NCBI GenBank assembly: GCA_027022365.1 | Contig: JALVYU010000026.1 | Location: 544,001 to 608,000 of the forward strand | Reading direction: 5' to 3' | Length of the DNA stretch: 64,000 nt | From: Desulfurococcales archaeon | GTDB taxonomy: Archaea; Thermoproteota; Thermoprotei_A; Sulfolobales; Desulfurococcaceae | Shown here: in pieces, positions 20,383 to 30,569 of the stretch | How positions within the stretch are numbered: the first letter of the stretch is position 1 | Layout: every line of letters begins with the position of its first letter | Position numbers and translations under genes: made by a program | The notes under the pieces: generated by a model | The model's input: the letters and a program-made list of their open reading frames with translations, nothing else | The model's database searches: none | What the model was told of the DNA's origin: nothing

Positions 20383-21426
20383 GTGATGAGTATGGTAAAA
20401 ATTAGTGATCTCTATGAGCTAGATCTGAATATGCTAGGGAAATTTATCATTGAGAACAATGTGAAGAGACTATTACTACAAGCTCCGGATGGGCTTAAAT
20501 CCCTCCTACATGAACTTGTTTTGTTTATGAAGAAAAATTTCCCGGAGGTCAAACTAACAATTTCGGGCGAGCCATGGTATGGTTCTTGCATGCTTAGAAC
20601 CGATGAAATTGATACTATGGACGTAGACGCTGTTGTACACGTTGGTCATAATAGATATCCTTGGCTATACAAGGATCTCCCGATCCCAGTACTGTATATG
20701 CCGGCTTATTATTCCGGAGAACCCTCGGATAAGTTGGTCGATGAAATAATACAAACTATATATAGTAAGAACATAGGACTGGTTGCAAGCATACAATATA
20801 TACGTTATCTTAGCAGATTAGCAGATCACCTTAATCGAAAAGGCTATGTTATACATATCGGTGAGCCATCGAATCCGTGGATGGAGAAGGGACAAGTGCT
20901 TGGATGTGAATATAGTGCCGCTCTAAATATACGTGGAAAGACCAAGATATTTATCGTCGTTTCTGGGGGGAAATTCCATGCTCTAGGCTTATCATTGATT
21001 TTGAGAAACCATCTTGTCTATGGACTCGATCCTCATAGGGAACGTATATGGAATGCGTCTAAATACTCTGAAAAAATTCTGAAGATTAGATACTACAAAA
21101 TATATGAATTATTGAAGAGAGATATCCAGAGAATAGCCTTAATAACATCGCCAACACTCGGTCAATACAGGTTATCACTTTTGAATTATCTAGAAAGTCT
21201 TCTCAATAAGCACAATGTTCAGTACCTTGTTTTCTCAGTTTCAATGGTAGATAAGGACAGGATAGCATCAATTGATAACGCGTTTAGTCCTGACGCGTTT
21301 GTCATAACGAGCTGCCCTAGGCTCCCAATAGATGATTTATCCGATTATCATAAACCGGTAATAACACCTGGAGAACTTATAATGGTGCTCAAAAAAGAGC
21401 TTAGCGAATACATGTTTCCTTGGTGA
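20383..21426 (+). CDS. dph2: Diphthamide biosynthesis protein Dph2
   Basis: QAPDGLK, YGSC, GQVLGC, CPRLPIDD. Confidence 0.92.
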   Translation: MMSMVKISDLYELDLNMLGKFIIENNVKRLLLQAPDGLKSLLHELVLFMKKNFPEVKLTISGEPWYGSCMLRTDEIDTMDVDAVVHVGHNRYPWLYKDLPIPVLYMPAYYSGEPSDKLVDEIIQTIYSKNIGLVASIQYIRYLSRLADHLNRKGYVIHIGEPSNPWMEKGQVLGCEYSAALNIRGKTKIFIVVSGGKFHALGLSLILRNHLVYGLDPHRERIWNASKYSEKILKIRYYKIYELLKRDIQRIALITSPTLGQYRLSLLNYLESLLNKHNVQYLVFSVSMVDKDRIASIDNAFSPDAFVITSCPRLPIDDLSDYHKPVITPGELIMVLKKELSEYMFPW

Positions 21427-21456
21427 GATCTCGGAGAAACTGTATACGTCGAAATA

Positions 21457-22335
21457 TTATTTCTTCATACTATCTCCTCTGTGGATGGGGTGATACGGTC
21501 TGGGCAGGTATTCGACTCCGGGCCTGTACTGCAGTGCTTGTGGATATAGCTCCATAAGCTCATAGACCTCGGGCGGTATCTCGTCTTTGACCGGCAGGCC
21601 TAGTTCTTTAGCTTCTTCGAAGGTTATTGGGTAGTCATGGGTATAGTATCCCTCGGTAAGCTTCTTAGCTATTTCTTCGGCTTTCTCGTCGGGCATTCTA
21701 CCCTTAAGGATCTTCTTGATAAAGTCCTGCATTTCTCTCAGTGCTTTCTCAGCAATATCGGCATATATCAGGATCTCATCGCTCGCTTTTTCTCCCTTTA
21801 TCTTCGCGATCTTTATCAGACTCGGAGCGGGGAACGTGCCTTTCGGTGTAGGTAGCTGTGGATCGAGAGGGCCGAGAACTGCATGGCGATCTAACAGTAT
21901 TTCGTCAGCAGCCAGAGCTATAAGCGTTCCACCGCTCATAGCATAGTGGGGGACTATTACTATCTTTTTTGCTGGATGACTTCTCAGAGCCATTGCTATC
22001 TGGGAAGCCGCTAGAACTAGTCCTCCAGGCGTATGTAGTATTAGTGCTATTGGTTGTTCGGGCGGAGTAGTTCTTATAGCCCGTATGATGGCCTCGGAAT
22101 CCTCTATGTCTATGAACCTATAAACAGGAATGCCCAAGAACCCTATCTTCTCCTGCCTATGTATCATCGTGATAACGCGCCATCCATACTTTCTCTCAAG
22201 AGCCCGGATCACGCGTAGCCTTGCGCTCAACAATGCCTTATACTGGAGCTGTGGATGAATTAACACATAGAGTAGTAGGAGCCAAAACAATAAACTAATA
22301 ATGTCTCCGAAGCCATCCAATTTCGTTACACCCAA
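21457..22335 (-). CDS. ClpP-fold SDH-family serine protease (DUF114)
   Basis: LHTPGGLVLAA, AMSGGTLIALAAD, THDYPI. Confidence 0.88.
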   Translation of the reverse strand: MGVTKLDGFGDIISLLFWLLLLYVLIHPQLQYKALLSARLRVIRALERKYGWRVITMIHRQEKIGFLGIPVYRFIDIEDSEAIIRAIRTTPPEQPIALILHTPGGLVLAASQIAMALRSHPAKKIVIVPHYAMSGGTLIALAADEILLDRHAVLGPLDPQLPTPKGTFPAPSLIKIAKIKGEKASDEILIYADIAEKALREMQDFIKKILKGRMPDEKAEEIAKKLTEGYYTHDYPITFEEAKELGLPVKDEIPPEVYELMELYPQALQYRPGVEYLPRPYHPIHRGDSMKK

Positions 22336-22361
22336 ATTTTTCCTAATGGTGACTGATTAAT

Positions 22362-23006
22362 ATGCTTTATAACACTAGACTGAATAAAAGAAACCTTGAA
22401 TCGGTTCTTGAGCAGATACCAGGTTTTAGTACACCTAAGAGATCTTTAGAACAATATGTAACGCCTTCTAACCTAGCAGCGGAGATCCTATGGTTAGCGT
22501 ACATGCACGGCGACATATCTGGAAAGACAATTGCAGATCTAGGATGTGGGACTCTGAGACTGGCGATAGGTGCTTTGATTCTAGGAGCTAAAAGGGTATT
22601 AGCTATCGATATTGACTGTAGTGTTTTAACCAGTGCATTAAGAATAAATGAAAATTTCTTGAAAATATTCGGTCATAAGATCATCATGGTGTGCTCTGAT
22701 GTCAGGGAAGCCTATACGAATCATGTGGACACAGTCATTATGAATCCCCCATTCGGTGTCTATCGGAAGAACCGGGGACTAGACATAATCTTTCTAAAGA
22801 AAGCATTCGAAATAGCCAATTCTGTCTACTCTATCCATAAGTATAGTCCTGGGCTTCATAGACTAGTCCAAGTATTATCCGACAGTTATGGTTTCAGGAT
22901 AATCGATGAGAAAATAAGGGATCTAATGATACCTATGATTTTCAAAACACATACCAGACGCATATATAGGGTTAAAGCTGTTATCTACATATTCAGGAAA
23001 TCATAG
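22362..23006 (+). CDS. METTL5-family RNA methyltransferase
   Basis: LEQYVTP, DLGCGT, NPPFG, YSIH. Confidence 0.88.
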   Translation: MLYNTRLNKRNLESVLEQIPGFSTPKRSLEQYVTPSNLAAEILWLAYMHGDISGKTIADLGCGTLRLAIGALILGAKRVLAIDIDCSVLTSALRINENFLKIFGHKIIMVCSDVREAYTNHVDTVIMNPPFGVYRKNRGLDIIFLKKAFEIANSVYSIHKYSPGLHRLVQVLSDSYGFRIIDEKIRDLMIPMIFKTHTRRIYRVKAVIYIFRKS

Positions 23007-23044
23007 TTCCCAGACAAGGATTCGAAGAAATATGGTGGAACGGT

Positions 23045-23614
23045 ATGGAGAAACCAAGACAAGGTATGCCTGTAACTCCCGGCGATTATCTTGGTGTGGA
23101 GGAAGAATACTTTCCAGGCTATGGAGCATACATCGACGATGAAGGGAACATTAGGTCTCAGCTTGTTGGGAGAGTATTAATAGATATTGTCAAAAGGACG
23201 ATTGAAGTAAGACAAGTCAGGGGTAAGCCGATCATACCAAGGCCCGGTGATGTTGTACTAGGTATTGTTGAGACGGTATCTAATGACCTAGCATTTATCA
23301 GGATATACAATATCGAGAACAAGCCCTCGCGTTCCACAGATTTCACTGGTGTACTGCATATATCACAGGTGAGCAACGAATATGTTGAAACAATGTATGA
23401 TGTGTTGCGACTGGGAGATGTTGTAAGAGCTAAGGTATTGAATAGTCTGCAACCATTCCAGTTAAATACTAAACACCCATCTTTCGGAGTAGTAGTTGCT
23501 TTCTGTAGCAAATGTGGAGAAATACTAAAGCTGAAAGATGACAGACTTATTTGCCCTGTCTGTGGAAGCGTCGAGAAGCGGAAGATAAGCTCTAAGTATT
23601 TCTTCAGGTGGTAA
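23045..23614 (+). CDS. csl4: Exosome subunit Csl4
   Basis: PGD.LG.EEE, S1 domain, C-terminal Zn ribbon CSKC...CPVC. Confidence 0.93.
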   Translation: MEKPRQGMPVTPGDYLGVEEEYFPGYGAYIDDEGNIRSQLVGRVLIDIVKRTIEVRQVRGKPIIPRPGDVVLGIVETVSNDLAFIRIYNIENKPSRSTDFTGVLHISQVSNEYVETMYDVLRLGDVVRAKVLNSLQPFQLNTKHPSFGVVVAFCSKCGEILKLKDDRLICPVCGSVEKRKISSKYFFRW

Positions 23615-23615
23615 A

Positions 23616-24263
23616 TTGCCCCTTCTTAAGAGGAGCTTCTATATCAAATGTCATGGTGATGAATGCCTTAAACTAGTCGAGCTGATCCGTGATAAGGCAC
23701 CAGCGGTTGAAACGATGAACATAACAATAGAGCAGTCCGGACTTAGGATAGACATGTATGGATATAAATCAGATGTACGCAATGCTTGGATCTATATAAA
23801 AAGACTAGTATCCGCATATAAATCTGCCATTGTTGAAAAGAGGGGATTAAGAGAAATAAGTATCGATTTCCTTGTCGAAAAAGTTGGACGTACATTTCCT
23901 CCGCGGCTCCTAGAGTTTATTGTCAGGAAGAAAGGTCATAAAGCCCGTGTTGAGGGAGATAGGATAATCACGGATGCTGATCTAGATGAAATCATCGATA
24001 CAATTAAGAGAATAGTAGAAGTACTAGATAAAATACACTTCAGTGTGAAAGGTACCGCGTGTAAGTACTTCATTGTGGCCTCAGCCCTCATGGCCAATAA
24101 GAGCTACCAAGCAATTATTGAGGAGGGTTTACGAGCCCATATACTCGACAAGGATGAAGATAGAAGAATTATACTCAAGAAAGAGTGGCGTTCAGCCGTA
24201 GATCAGATCCTTAAAGTCCTAGACAGTGCGAATAATATAAAAGACAATAACTACGCCCTATAA
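23616..24263 (+). CDS. Conserved archaeal protein (DUF2067-like)
   Basis: Position between csl4 and rpoL; general similarity only. Confidence 0.55.
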   Translation: MPLLKRSFYIKCHGDECLKLVELIRDKAPAVETMNITIEQSGLRIDMYGYKSDVRNAWIYIKRLVSAYKSAIVEKRGLREISIDFLVEKVGRTFPPRLLEFIVRKKGHKARVEGDRIITDADLDEIIDTIKRIVEVLDKIHFSVKGTACKYFIVASALMANKSYQAIIEEGLRAHILDKDEDRRIILKKEWRSAVDQILKVLDSANNIKDNNYAL

Positions 24264-24296
24264 TATTTTGAACGTACTCATTATTGGTGGAACGCC

Positions 24297-24572
24297 ATGA
24301 ACGTAGAGGTAAAGCGCGTTACGGATAACGAAATAATAATCATTATTGAGGGCGAAGACGATACCATAGGCAACTTGATAGCAAAATCAGCTGTCCAACA
24401 CCCTAACGTTGTCTATGCAACATACAGAATACCTCATCCTCTCGAGAGAAAAGTCGAAATAATAATAAGTGTAGATAAGAATGCCGATCTTGGAAGTACT
24501 ATCTCGGAGATAATTCAGAATATCAAAGAGCAACTAGAGGAGTTCAAAAAGAAAATCGATGAAGCTTTATGA
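24297..24572 (+). CDS. rpoL: RNA polymerase subunit L (Rpo11)
   Basis: EGEDDTIGNL, YRIPHPL. Confidence 0.92.
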   Translation: MNVEVKRVTDNEIIIIIEGEDDTIGNLIAKSAVQHPNVVYATYRIPHPLERKVEIIISVDKNADLGSTISEIIQNIKEQLEEFKKKIDEAL

Positions 24573-24883
24573 AAACCGAGTCAAGGCTATTAGTCATCAG
24601 CCATTGTAGAGACTATATTATAGGAATCGTTTATCGAAGAAACAGTGTTGAGGAAATATATTTTGAGAAAAACACAAAGGTTCTACCTGGAAGATTCACA
24701 GATAAACTAAAGACAAGAGATGAGATTACATACTGTATTTCATGTGATTCCTTATTAGACCCAGTAAATTGTAAACACAGAATATTTGCTAGTGCCTCGG
24801 ATAATCTTGAGATCCTGCTAGAGAGATGCCGAGATCACGATTCAATCTGTGAGGTTATCAAGAGTACTATGATAAAACGTTAA
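24569..24883 (+). CDS. Hypothetical Cys-rich protein
   Basis: ORF overlapping the rpoL stop codon. Confidence 0.5.
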   Translation: MKTESRLLVISHCRDYIIGIVYRRNSVEEIYFEKNTKVLPGRFTDKLKTRDEITYCISCDSLLDPVNCKHRIFASASDNLEILLERCRDHDSICEVIKSTMIKR

Positions 24884-24987
24884 AACACTAGTACTTCTGC
24901 GTCATTAGCAGAGAATACTGCTAATAAACCGGTAAGATACATTACATTACTTCAAACAAGAAGTAGCAGGCATAAGGGCTGATAGAA

Positions 24988-25335
24988 TTGCCGAGATTTT
25001 GTCCAAAATGTGGGGGCTTGATGAAGCCTGTCAGGAAAAAAGATGGTGTCTATCTAGTTTGTATGAGATGCGGGTATGCCGCTAAGGCATCAACAGCTGA
25101 TCTCAAGGGATACAGGATCTCTAGGAAAATAATGCATACTGAAAAAGAAAAAACCATCGTGATAACCGAAGAAGATCGTCTGAGAGGCCTCCCTATTACA
25201 AAAGAAGTAACTTGTCCAAAATGTGGGTTTCACGAAGCGTATTATTGGATGATACAAACCAGGGCGGCTGACGAGCCTCCCACGAGATTCTATAGATGTA
25301 GAAGATGCGGCTATGTATGGAGGGAGTATGAATAA
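24988..25335 (+). CDS. tfs: Transcription factor S (TFS)
   Basis: Two Zn ribbons, QTRAADEPPT. Confidence 0.95.
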   Translation: MPRFCPKCGGLMKPVRKKDGVYLVCMRCGYAAKASTADLKGYRISRKIMHTEKEKTIVITEEDRLRGLPITKEVTCPKCGFHEAYYWMIQTRAADEPPTRFYRCRRCGYVWREYE

Positions 25336-25523
25336 TGTGTAGTGCTCCACCACAAACATGTGTAGATGTTAGCGAGATATTCGCTATGCTGAGGCAACTC
25401 GAGGATATGCTTAGCGAGGCATATTTTGTAACGCCACAACATATTGCATCGAGGCCTCTTATTTATAGATCATTACTGCTTGTTCGTTCTCTAATGAAAG
25501 AATATTGTCAGAGCAGGTCTTAG
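25335..25523 (+). CDS. Small hypothetical protein
   Basis: TAATG coupling to tfs; fills the gap to pcna. Confidence 0.4.
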   Translation: MCSAPPQTCVDVSEIFAMLRQLEDMLSEAYFVTPQHIASRPLIYRSLLLVRSLMKEYCQSRS

Positions 25524-25579
25524 AGAATCTATTAATATCGAGTAAAGATTATTCATAAAATGTACAGTACACCGTTCTT

Positions 25580-26338
25580 ATGGGTGATATTTTGAGGCTC
25601 AGATTCATTGACGCCAGAGTATGGAGATATGCAATGAACGCTATCGGCAAGATAATAGATGAGGCAGCGTTTCGTTTCACCGAGGATGGATTGAGGCTAA
25701 GAGCTATCGATGCATCGAGAATCGTGATGGTAGACTTTACAATGAATAGAGAAAGCTTTGACGAATACGAAGTAAATAAAGAAGAAGTTGTTGGCGTGAA
25801 TATGGAGGATCTGGTTAAGATCCTGAGGAGAGCGGTGAAGGAGGATCAGCTTGAGCTAGAGACCTTGGAGGCTGGAAGGCTGGCTGTAAGTTTTATCGGT
25901 AAGGGCCGTAGAACTTTCATAATTCCAAGCCTAGAGACTTTAGCTGAAGAACTACCGGAGCTAAATATACCGTTCACCGTTCATGTAAAGATGCTTCCTT
26001 CAGTATTCAGAGATGTTGTAAAAGAACTTGAACCGATCAGTGATGCAATAGAGTTTATCGTTAAGAAAGATGAAAGGAAGATAATCGCCAAAGCATCGGG
26101 AGATATAGTCGAGGCGGAAATTGAGCTTACGGAAGAGAGTGGTGCATTAATAGAATTCAACGCCAAAGAAGACGCTAGGGCGGTATATACAATTGATTAC
26201 CTCTCAGATATATCGGCGGCTGCCCAGGCGGCTAACGAACTGGTATTAGAGCTAGCATCAGCTGTTCCATGCAAATTAGAATACATATTGCCTCAGGAAG
26301 GAAGGTTAGTGTTCTATGTCGCGCCCCGCGTCGAGTAA
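25580..26338 (+). CDS. pcn: DNA sliding clamp PCNA
   Basis: LRAIDASRIVMV, FYVAPRVE. Confidence 0.95.
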   Translation: MGDILRLRFIDARVWRYAMNAIGKIIDEAAFRFTEDGLRLRAIDASRIVMVDFTMNRESFDEYEVNKEEVVGVNMEDLVKILRRAVKEDQLELETLEAGRLAVSFIGKGRRTFIIPSLETLAEELPELNIPFTVHVKMLPSVFRDVVKELEPISDAIEFIVKKDERKIIAKASGDIVEAEIELTEESGALIEFNAKEDARAVYTIDYLSDISAAAQAANELVLELASAVPCKLEYILPQEGRLVFYVAPRVE

Positions 26339-27452
26339 TCTTAGGCATTTAAAGAGTCTTTTCAGACAATACTACTCAACGGGCTGTCTAGAAGAGCCAG
26401 CGTATATTCATAGGAGAGAAATAGGCGTTCAACTAATAGGGGAGGCGACTTATCGTAGACACCTTTCTTTTCCTTCAATGACGATGTTGTACAAGTTCAT
26501 TATAGAAAATCCGCCACTACATCTTTACTATTCTTCAGCCTATTATGATGATCCTTCTGCGAAGGATATGGGGGCGAAGGGGTGGCGTGGCTCAGATCTG
26601 TTATTCGATATAGATGCGGATCACTACCAGGGATGCAATAAAGCAATAACTTTTTGCACTAAATGCGGCAAGAACTTCGAAGGAATACATAAACAATGCC
26701 CCTCATGCGGCTCTACAAATGTTATTGTTTATCCAATAATAGGTTTTGAATGTATTAAAAGAGCATATAATGATGCGATGAAAATACAGATTATATTGAA
26801 GGATGATTTCGGACTAAAGAATATTAAGGTATACTTTTCCGGGAATCGAGGATTCCATGTGAAGTGCTCTGATGACGAAATTCTCGACCTCACTAGTGAT
26901 GAAAGGAGAGAATTAGCAATGTATATATCATTAAACGGTTTAGAGCCTGCCTTGGTTTTTCCACCAATAACTAAAAGGAAGATCGTAATTTTTACCTCTC
27001 AAGAATATGGTATCAGAAAAAGAATTTTCATAGATTTGAACCGTAAAGACTTGTTGCGAAGAAGGGGCGCCTTATATGAAGCTGACTACACTGATGTATT
27101 ATACTCTATCGATGATAATCGAGTAGATATCGATACTGTTGTGACAATGGACATATCTCGGCTGTCACGTTTTGGCGGCTCAATTAATGGCAAGTCGGGA
27201 TTAGTTGTTTCCTCTATTAGCGAACAATTACCTAGTGGTTATGCAGAGTTTTCCCCATGGGATGGAACAATTGTTATTAAGCCAATCGTGGATTTCTCTG
27301 GTCTACCTGTTCTGGACAATAAACTTAACTTAAAGACCGGTATACCTATACGTGTTAAAACATATGTTGGACTATACCTAGCACTCAAAGGGCTTGCTAA
27401 AATAGAGAACATAGAGAGGGTGGAGATAAGGAAATGTATGATATCTTCCTGA
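26316..27452 (+). CDS. priS: DNA primase catalytic subunit PriS
   Basis: DLLFDIDAD, FSGNRGFH, internal Zn-ribbon. Confidence 0.93.
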   Translation: MSRPASSNLRHLKSLFRQYYSTGCLEEPAYIHRREIGVQLIGEATYRRHLSFPSMTMLYKFIIENPPLHLYYSSAYYDDPSAKDMGAKGWRGSDLLFDIDADHYQGCNKAITFCTKCGKNFEGIHKQCPSCGSTNVIVYPIIGFECIKRAYNDAMKIQIILKDDFGLKNIKVYFSGNRGFHVKCSDDEILDLTSDERRELAMYISLNGLEPALVFPPITKRKIVIFTSQEYGIRKRIFIDLNRKDLLRRRGALYEADYTDVLYSIDDNRVDIDTVVTMDISRLSRFGGSINGKSGLVVSSISEQLPSGYAEFSPWDGTIVIKPIVDFSGLPVLDNKLNLKTGIPIRVKTYVGLYLALKGLAKIENIERVEIRKCMISS

Positions 27453-27928
27453 AGCTTGTTAGAGAGGAATTAACAACGGGAAAACTATTATCCCTACCTG
27501 ATGCGAAGATCAGTGATTTCCAAGACTTTATAAGATCATCTGTTACAATGCTACATAATACTCCGTTAGAATCGAGAAAATTCTTCATCGAAGCCTATAA
27601 GAAGGCTATACGTGATGCTGAGAATTTGTTAAGAATAAGGGTTGCCAAGATATGTCTCGGTGCAAGACATGATGGTGAAACGTATGATTCGGAAATGCTT
27701 AGCTCTATTAGTGCTATCATAGATTTTTACAGGGATCTTATTATTGGAGCATACATTATGCCTTCTAGGGATAGTGTCGTCGTTAAGTTCAAAACCGGTA
27801 TTGAGATTAGTGGTAGAAAATACAGAGCGGGTGATATAGCTCCTGTAGATATAAGAAAGGCGTTGGGTCTGTATATTCTCGGAGTAGCCGAACCTGTGAA
27901 ACAACCTATATTTTACCATTTACTATAG
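27434..27928 (+). CDS. Probable GINS subunit (Gins15/51)
   Basis: Helical A-domain with RVAKI, then beta B-domain (Y.AGDIA); follows priS as in the conserved cluster. Confidence 0.6.
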   Translation: MYDIFLKLVREELTTGKLLSLPDAKISDFQDFIRSSVTMLHNTPLESRKFFIEAYKKAIRDAENLLRIRVAKICLGARHDGETYDSEMLSSISAIIDFYRDLIIGAYIMPSRDSVVVKFKTGIEISGRKYRAGDIAPVDIRKALGLYILGVAEPVKQPIFYHLL

Positions 27929-27943
27929 TTTTTGTTTGGTCTT

Positions 27944-28384
27944 CTAGACAGCCATGTAGTAGTACAATAATAAGATCGACAAAATTGTTAGACCTAGCAG
28001 GCCGACAATCAATGTTAGATATATGCGTGCAACCCCGGTTTCCTTCAAAGATCTGAACCCCTTAGGTTGCAGGGTGGGCTCAAAATGCGGTATCACAAAT
28101 GCGATGAACAGGCTCAATAACATAACGACCGTAACGACTAGGGGGACTCCAATTACCTGTATACCGGTTAAACCATAATTCTCGAAATACACTGTGAGTG
28201 CGCGCACCCATCCGGGAACAATTGCTATAATTACGAGGCCAAGCAATGCAAGCACTAGTTTTGAGCTTTTCTCGATAACGTAATCAAACTCCAAGATATA
28301 GCTCAGATGCTCCCTCTTTATCCTGGGCACATTCTCCACCCATAAGGTAATCATGTATTTGGTACTCGACGGCCTAACAGACAC
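27944..28384 (-). CDS. Hypothetical membrane protein (about 3 TM)
   Basis: Hydrophobic segments. Confidence 0.55.
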   Translation of the reverse strand: MSVRPSSTKYMITLWVENVPRIKREHLSYILEFDYVIEKSSKLVLALLGLVIIAIVPGWVRALTVYFENYGLTGIQVIGVPLVVTVVMLLSLFIAFVIPHFEPTLQPKGFRSLKETGVARIYLTLIVGLLGLTILSILLLYYYMAV

Positions 28385-28431
28385 TATTGGCTTTTTCTAG
28401 TAAATAAACAAATTTATTTTGCACGGCCGTA

Positions 28432-30516
28432 ATGCTTCTTAATATTGGTTCTAGGGACGTGGTGACGCTGGAAATGAATAAAAAGATGCTATTAGCTGGT
28501 GTGATCCTACTGGTTATATCGTTGGTATGGTATTTCTACATATGCTTTGTTCTTGACAGTGCAAAATGGAGTGTCATGGACGGCGTAATAGCGTGGTTTC
28601 ATCAACATGTGATCCAATATATACGCTCTGGAGGAGATCTAACTGTTGATGCTCATCTACGATTTGTTTCCCCGAGAAATCTACTCTATTCACCAATACT
28701 TGTCGATAGAATTGTTGCGGCAACAAATATGGTTCCAGGTTATTGGACCTTAATAGCCGGTACTTTATTCATAGTGATGGTTTTCCTGATATCGATCTAT
28801 GTGTTCAGAAACGGCATTACTGCCGGGCTAGCAGCTATCTTATTCGCTACAACGCCGAGCTTCGTCTATTGGTTCAAGTACAACAACTATGGAGATTACA
28901 CGTTGCAATTTCTATGGTTGATCACTATCTTGGTCATTGGTATTGGGATCAAGCGCAACAACAAGATCATTACGGTTCTAGGCTCTATAGTGGGCGGACT
29001 TCTATGGGTATTATGGAGCGGTGGCTGGGTAACGATGCTTGTTTACGCGGGTTTTCTCTCATTACTAATATATGCTGGCAGAATAAAGCCTGCTCACCTT
29101 GTCCCGGCGATTTCCCTGCTGGTCATTTCGCCCCTGCTCAATATTGTTACACAAACATATTTCATTACATTCTATCACGTACTCGGCTACGTCGCCCTAG
29201 CAATAATGACTATCGTGTCGTTCATAGAGTATCGAACAATCAGGGCTTCAGGCCCGCTGACCAGGGTCTCGTGGAGATTAATAGGGGTAGTAGCTGGCGC
29301 CGCTCTCACGGTGGCTGTATCACTGGTCGCAAATCAATGCTATAATCTCGTCAACTACCCGGCATTTATAAAGCCTTACGAACTACCCCTTGATCTGGGC
29401 ATTCTGGGAGTACTATCTCTGTTGGCCTTTATAGTACTTTTACGCGGCCGTATTCTCGGTAATCTCGAAGCTAGTTTTACTGTTTACGCTCTTTTCGCAG
29501 GATTCATAATAGGATTAATAAGCGGCTTTGTCGATCATACAATGCCAGTATTTACCGTTGCTTCTATAGCTCCCCTCGTTGCCTATAGTATCTATACCAT
29601 AGCATCGTTTACGTTTCGTCATACTGAGAGGCTAAAGAGTGTAGGGATTAAGATAGCCTACATTCTCGGCATCTCATGGATATTGATAGGTTCGATTATG
29701 GCTGGTGCCTTACCTTCATATGCGATGATAAACGAGCCTCCTAGGATATATTATGGTGATCTAACTAAGAACCTAATAGGAAATGCAACGATCACTAATC
29801 CTCCCCTCGTTCGAGCCCTAGATTTTATCAGAGAAAACACTACTGGCAATACTCTGATCATATGTTACTGGGGCTATAGCTACTGGGTTGTCGGATATAT
29901 TGGTAACGCTTATACAATCGCTGATCCTGATGGGACGCTCTATGGCAAAAGATTGATCTCGTGGTTCTTCATGAGCGACGAATATACGGCTATTAACTTG
30001 ATAAAACAAATCGTCGGGAACACTAAGGACGTGAACGTATATGTGCTGGTTGCTGAAGCCATTAGTATCGAGAAAACCATGGGTGCTTCAAGCCTTAAAC
30101 TAGCGTATATAGGACGCGTAATTCCGGGACCGAGAACAACTACTGGTGAACAAACACTCTATTATCAGCCAGTAGGTGATATTGCACGAATACCGACATA
30201 TATTTCGGGAACAGGTAAAGCACTTGCATTTTACCTAGATACTTACCGTGTAAGATCCTTATTTGAGGCGCCGCTGGCCTGGAATAATGTTACCGAGCAG
30301 ACAATGATTGTTCGGCTTATACTCAATGCCATAAAGGCGCTGGGGTATCAGCCAATAAACGGTGTGTTATCGGAGCGGCCCATAACTAATATACCGGGCC
30401 TAAAGTTCTTTAAGTTGGAAAAAGCATTCATTGAGCCGCTATACAATGTCACGGCAGGGTTTAGATCGTTCCAGGTATCATACATGGTAGCAGTATATAA
30501 GGCTGAGCTCCCATAA
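28432..30516 (+). CDS. AglB/STT3-like polytopic membrane protein with degenerate WWDYG motif
   Basis: About 12-13 TM segments, then a soluble domain ALDFIRENT...IICYWGYSYWV...TIADPDG. Confidence 0.6.
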   Translation: MLLNIGSRDVVTLEMNKKMLLAGVILLVISLVWYFYICFVLDSAKWSVMDGVIAWFHQHVIQYIRSGGDLTVDAHLRFVSPRNLLYSPILVDRIVAATNMVPGYWTLIAGTLFIVMVFLISIYVFRNGITAGLAAILFATTPSFVYWFKYNNYGDYTLQFLWLITILVIGIGIKRNNKIITVLGSIVGGLLWVLWSGGWVTMLVYAGFLSLLIYAGRIKPAHLVPAISLLVISPLLNIVTQTYFITFYHVLGYVALAIMTIVSFIEYRTIRASGPLTRVSWRLIGVVAGAALTVAVSLVANQCYNLVNYPAFIKPYELPLDLGILGVLSLLAFIVLLRGRILGNLEASFTVYALFAGFIIGLISGFVDHTMPVFTVASIAPLVAYSIYTIASFTFRHTERLKSVGIKIAYILGISWILIGSIMAGALPSYAMINEPPRIYYGDLTKNLIGNATITNPPLVRALDFIRENTTGNTLIICYWGYSYWVVGYIGNAYTIADPDGTLYGKRLISWFFMSDEYTAINLIKQIVGNTKDVNVYVLVAEAISIEKTMGASSLKLAYIGRVIPGPRTTTGEQTLYYQPVGDIARIPTYISGTGKALAFYLDTYRVRSLFEAPLAWNNVTEQTMIVRLILNAIKALGYQPINGVLSERPITNIPGLKFFKLEKAFIEPLYNVTAGFRSFQVSYMVAVYKAELP

Positions 30517-30569
30517 TTTTCACTACATGAAAGTGTATCGGTAAAAGAGCCATTATCGGGTGAACGGCT

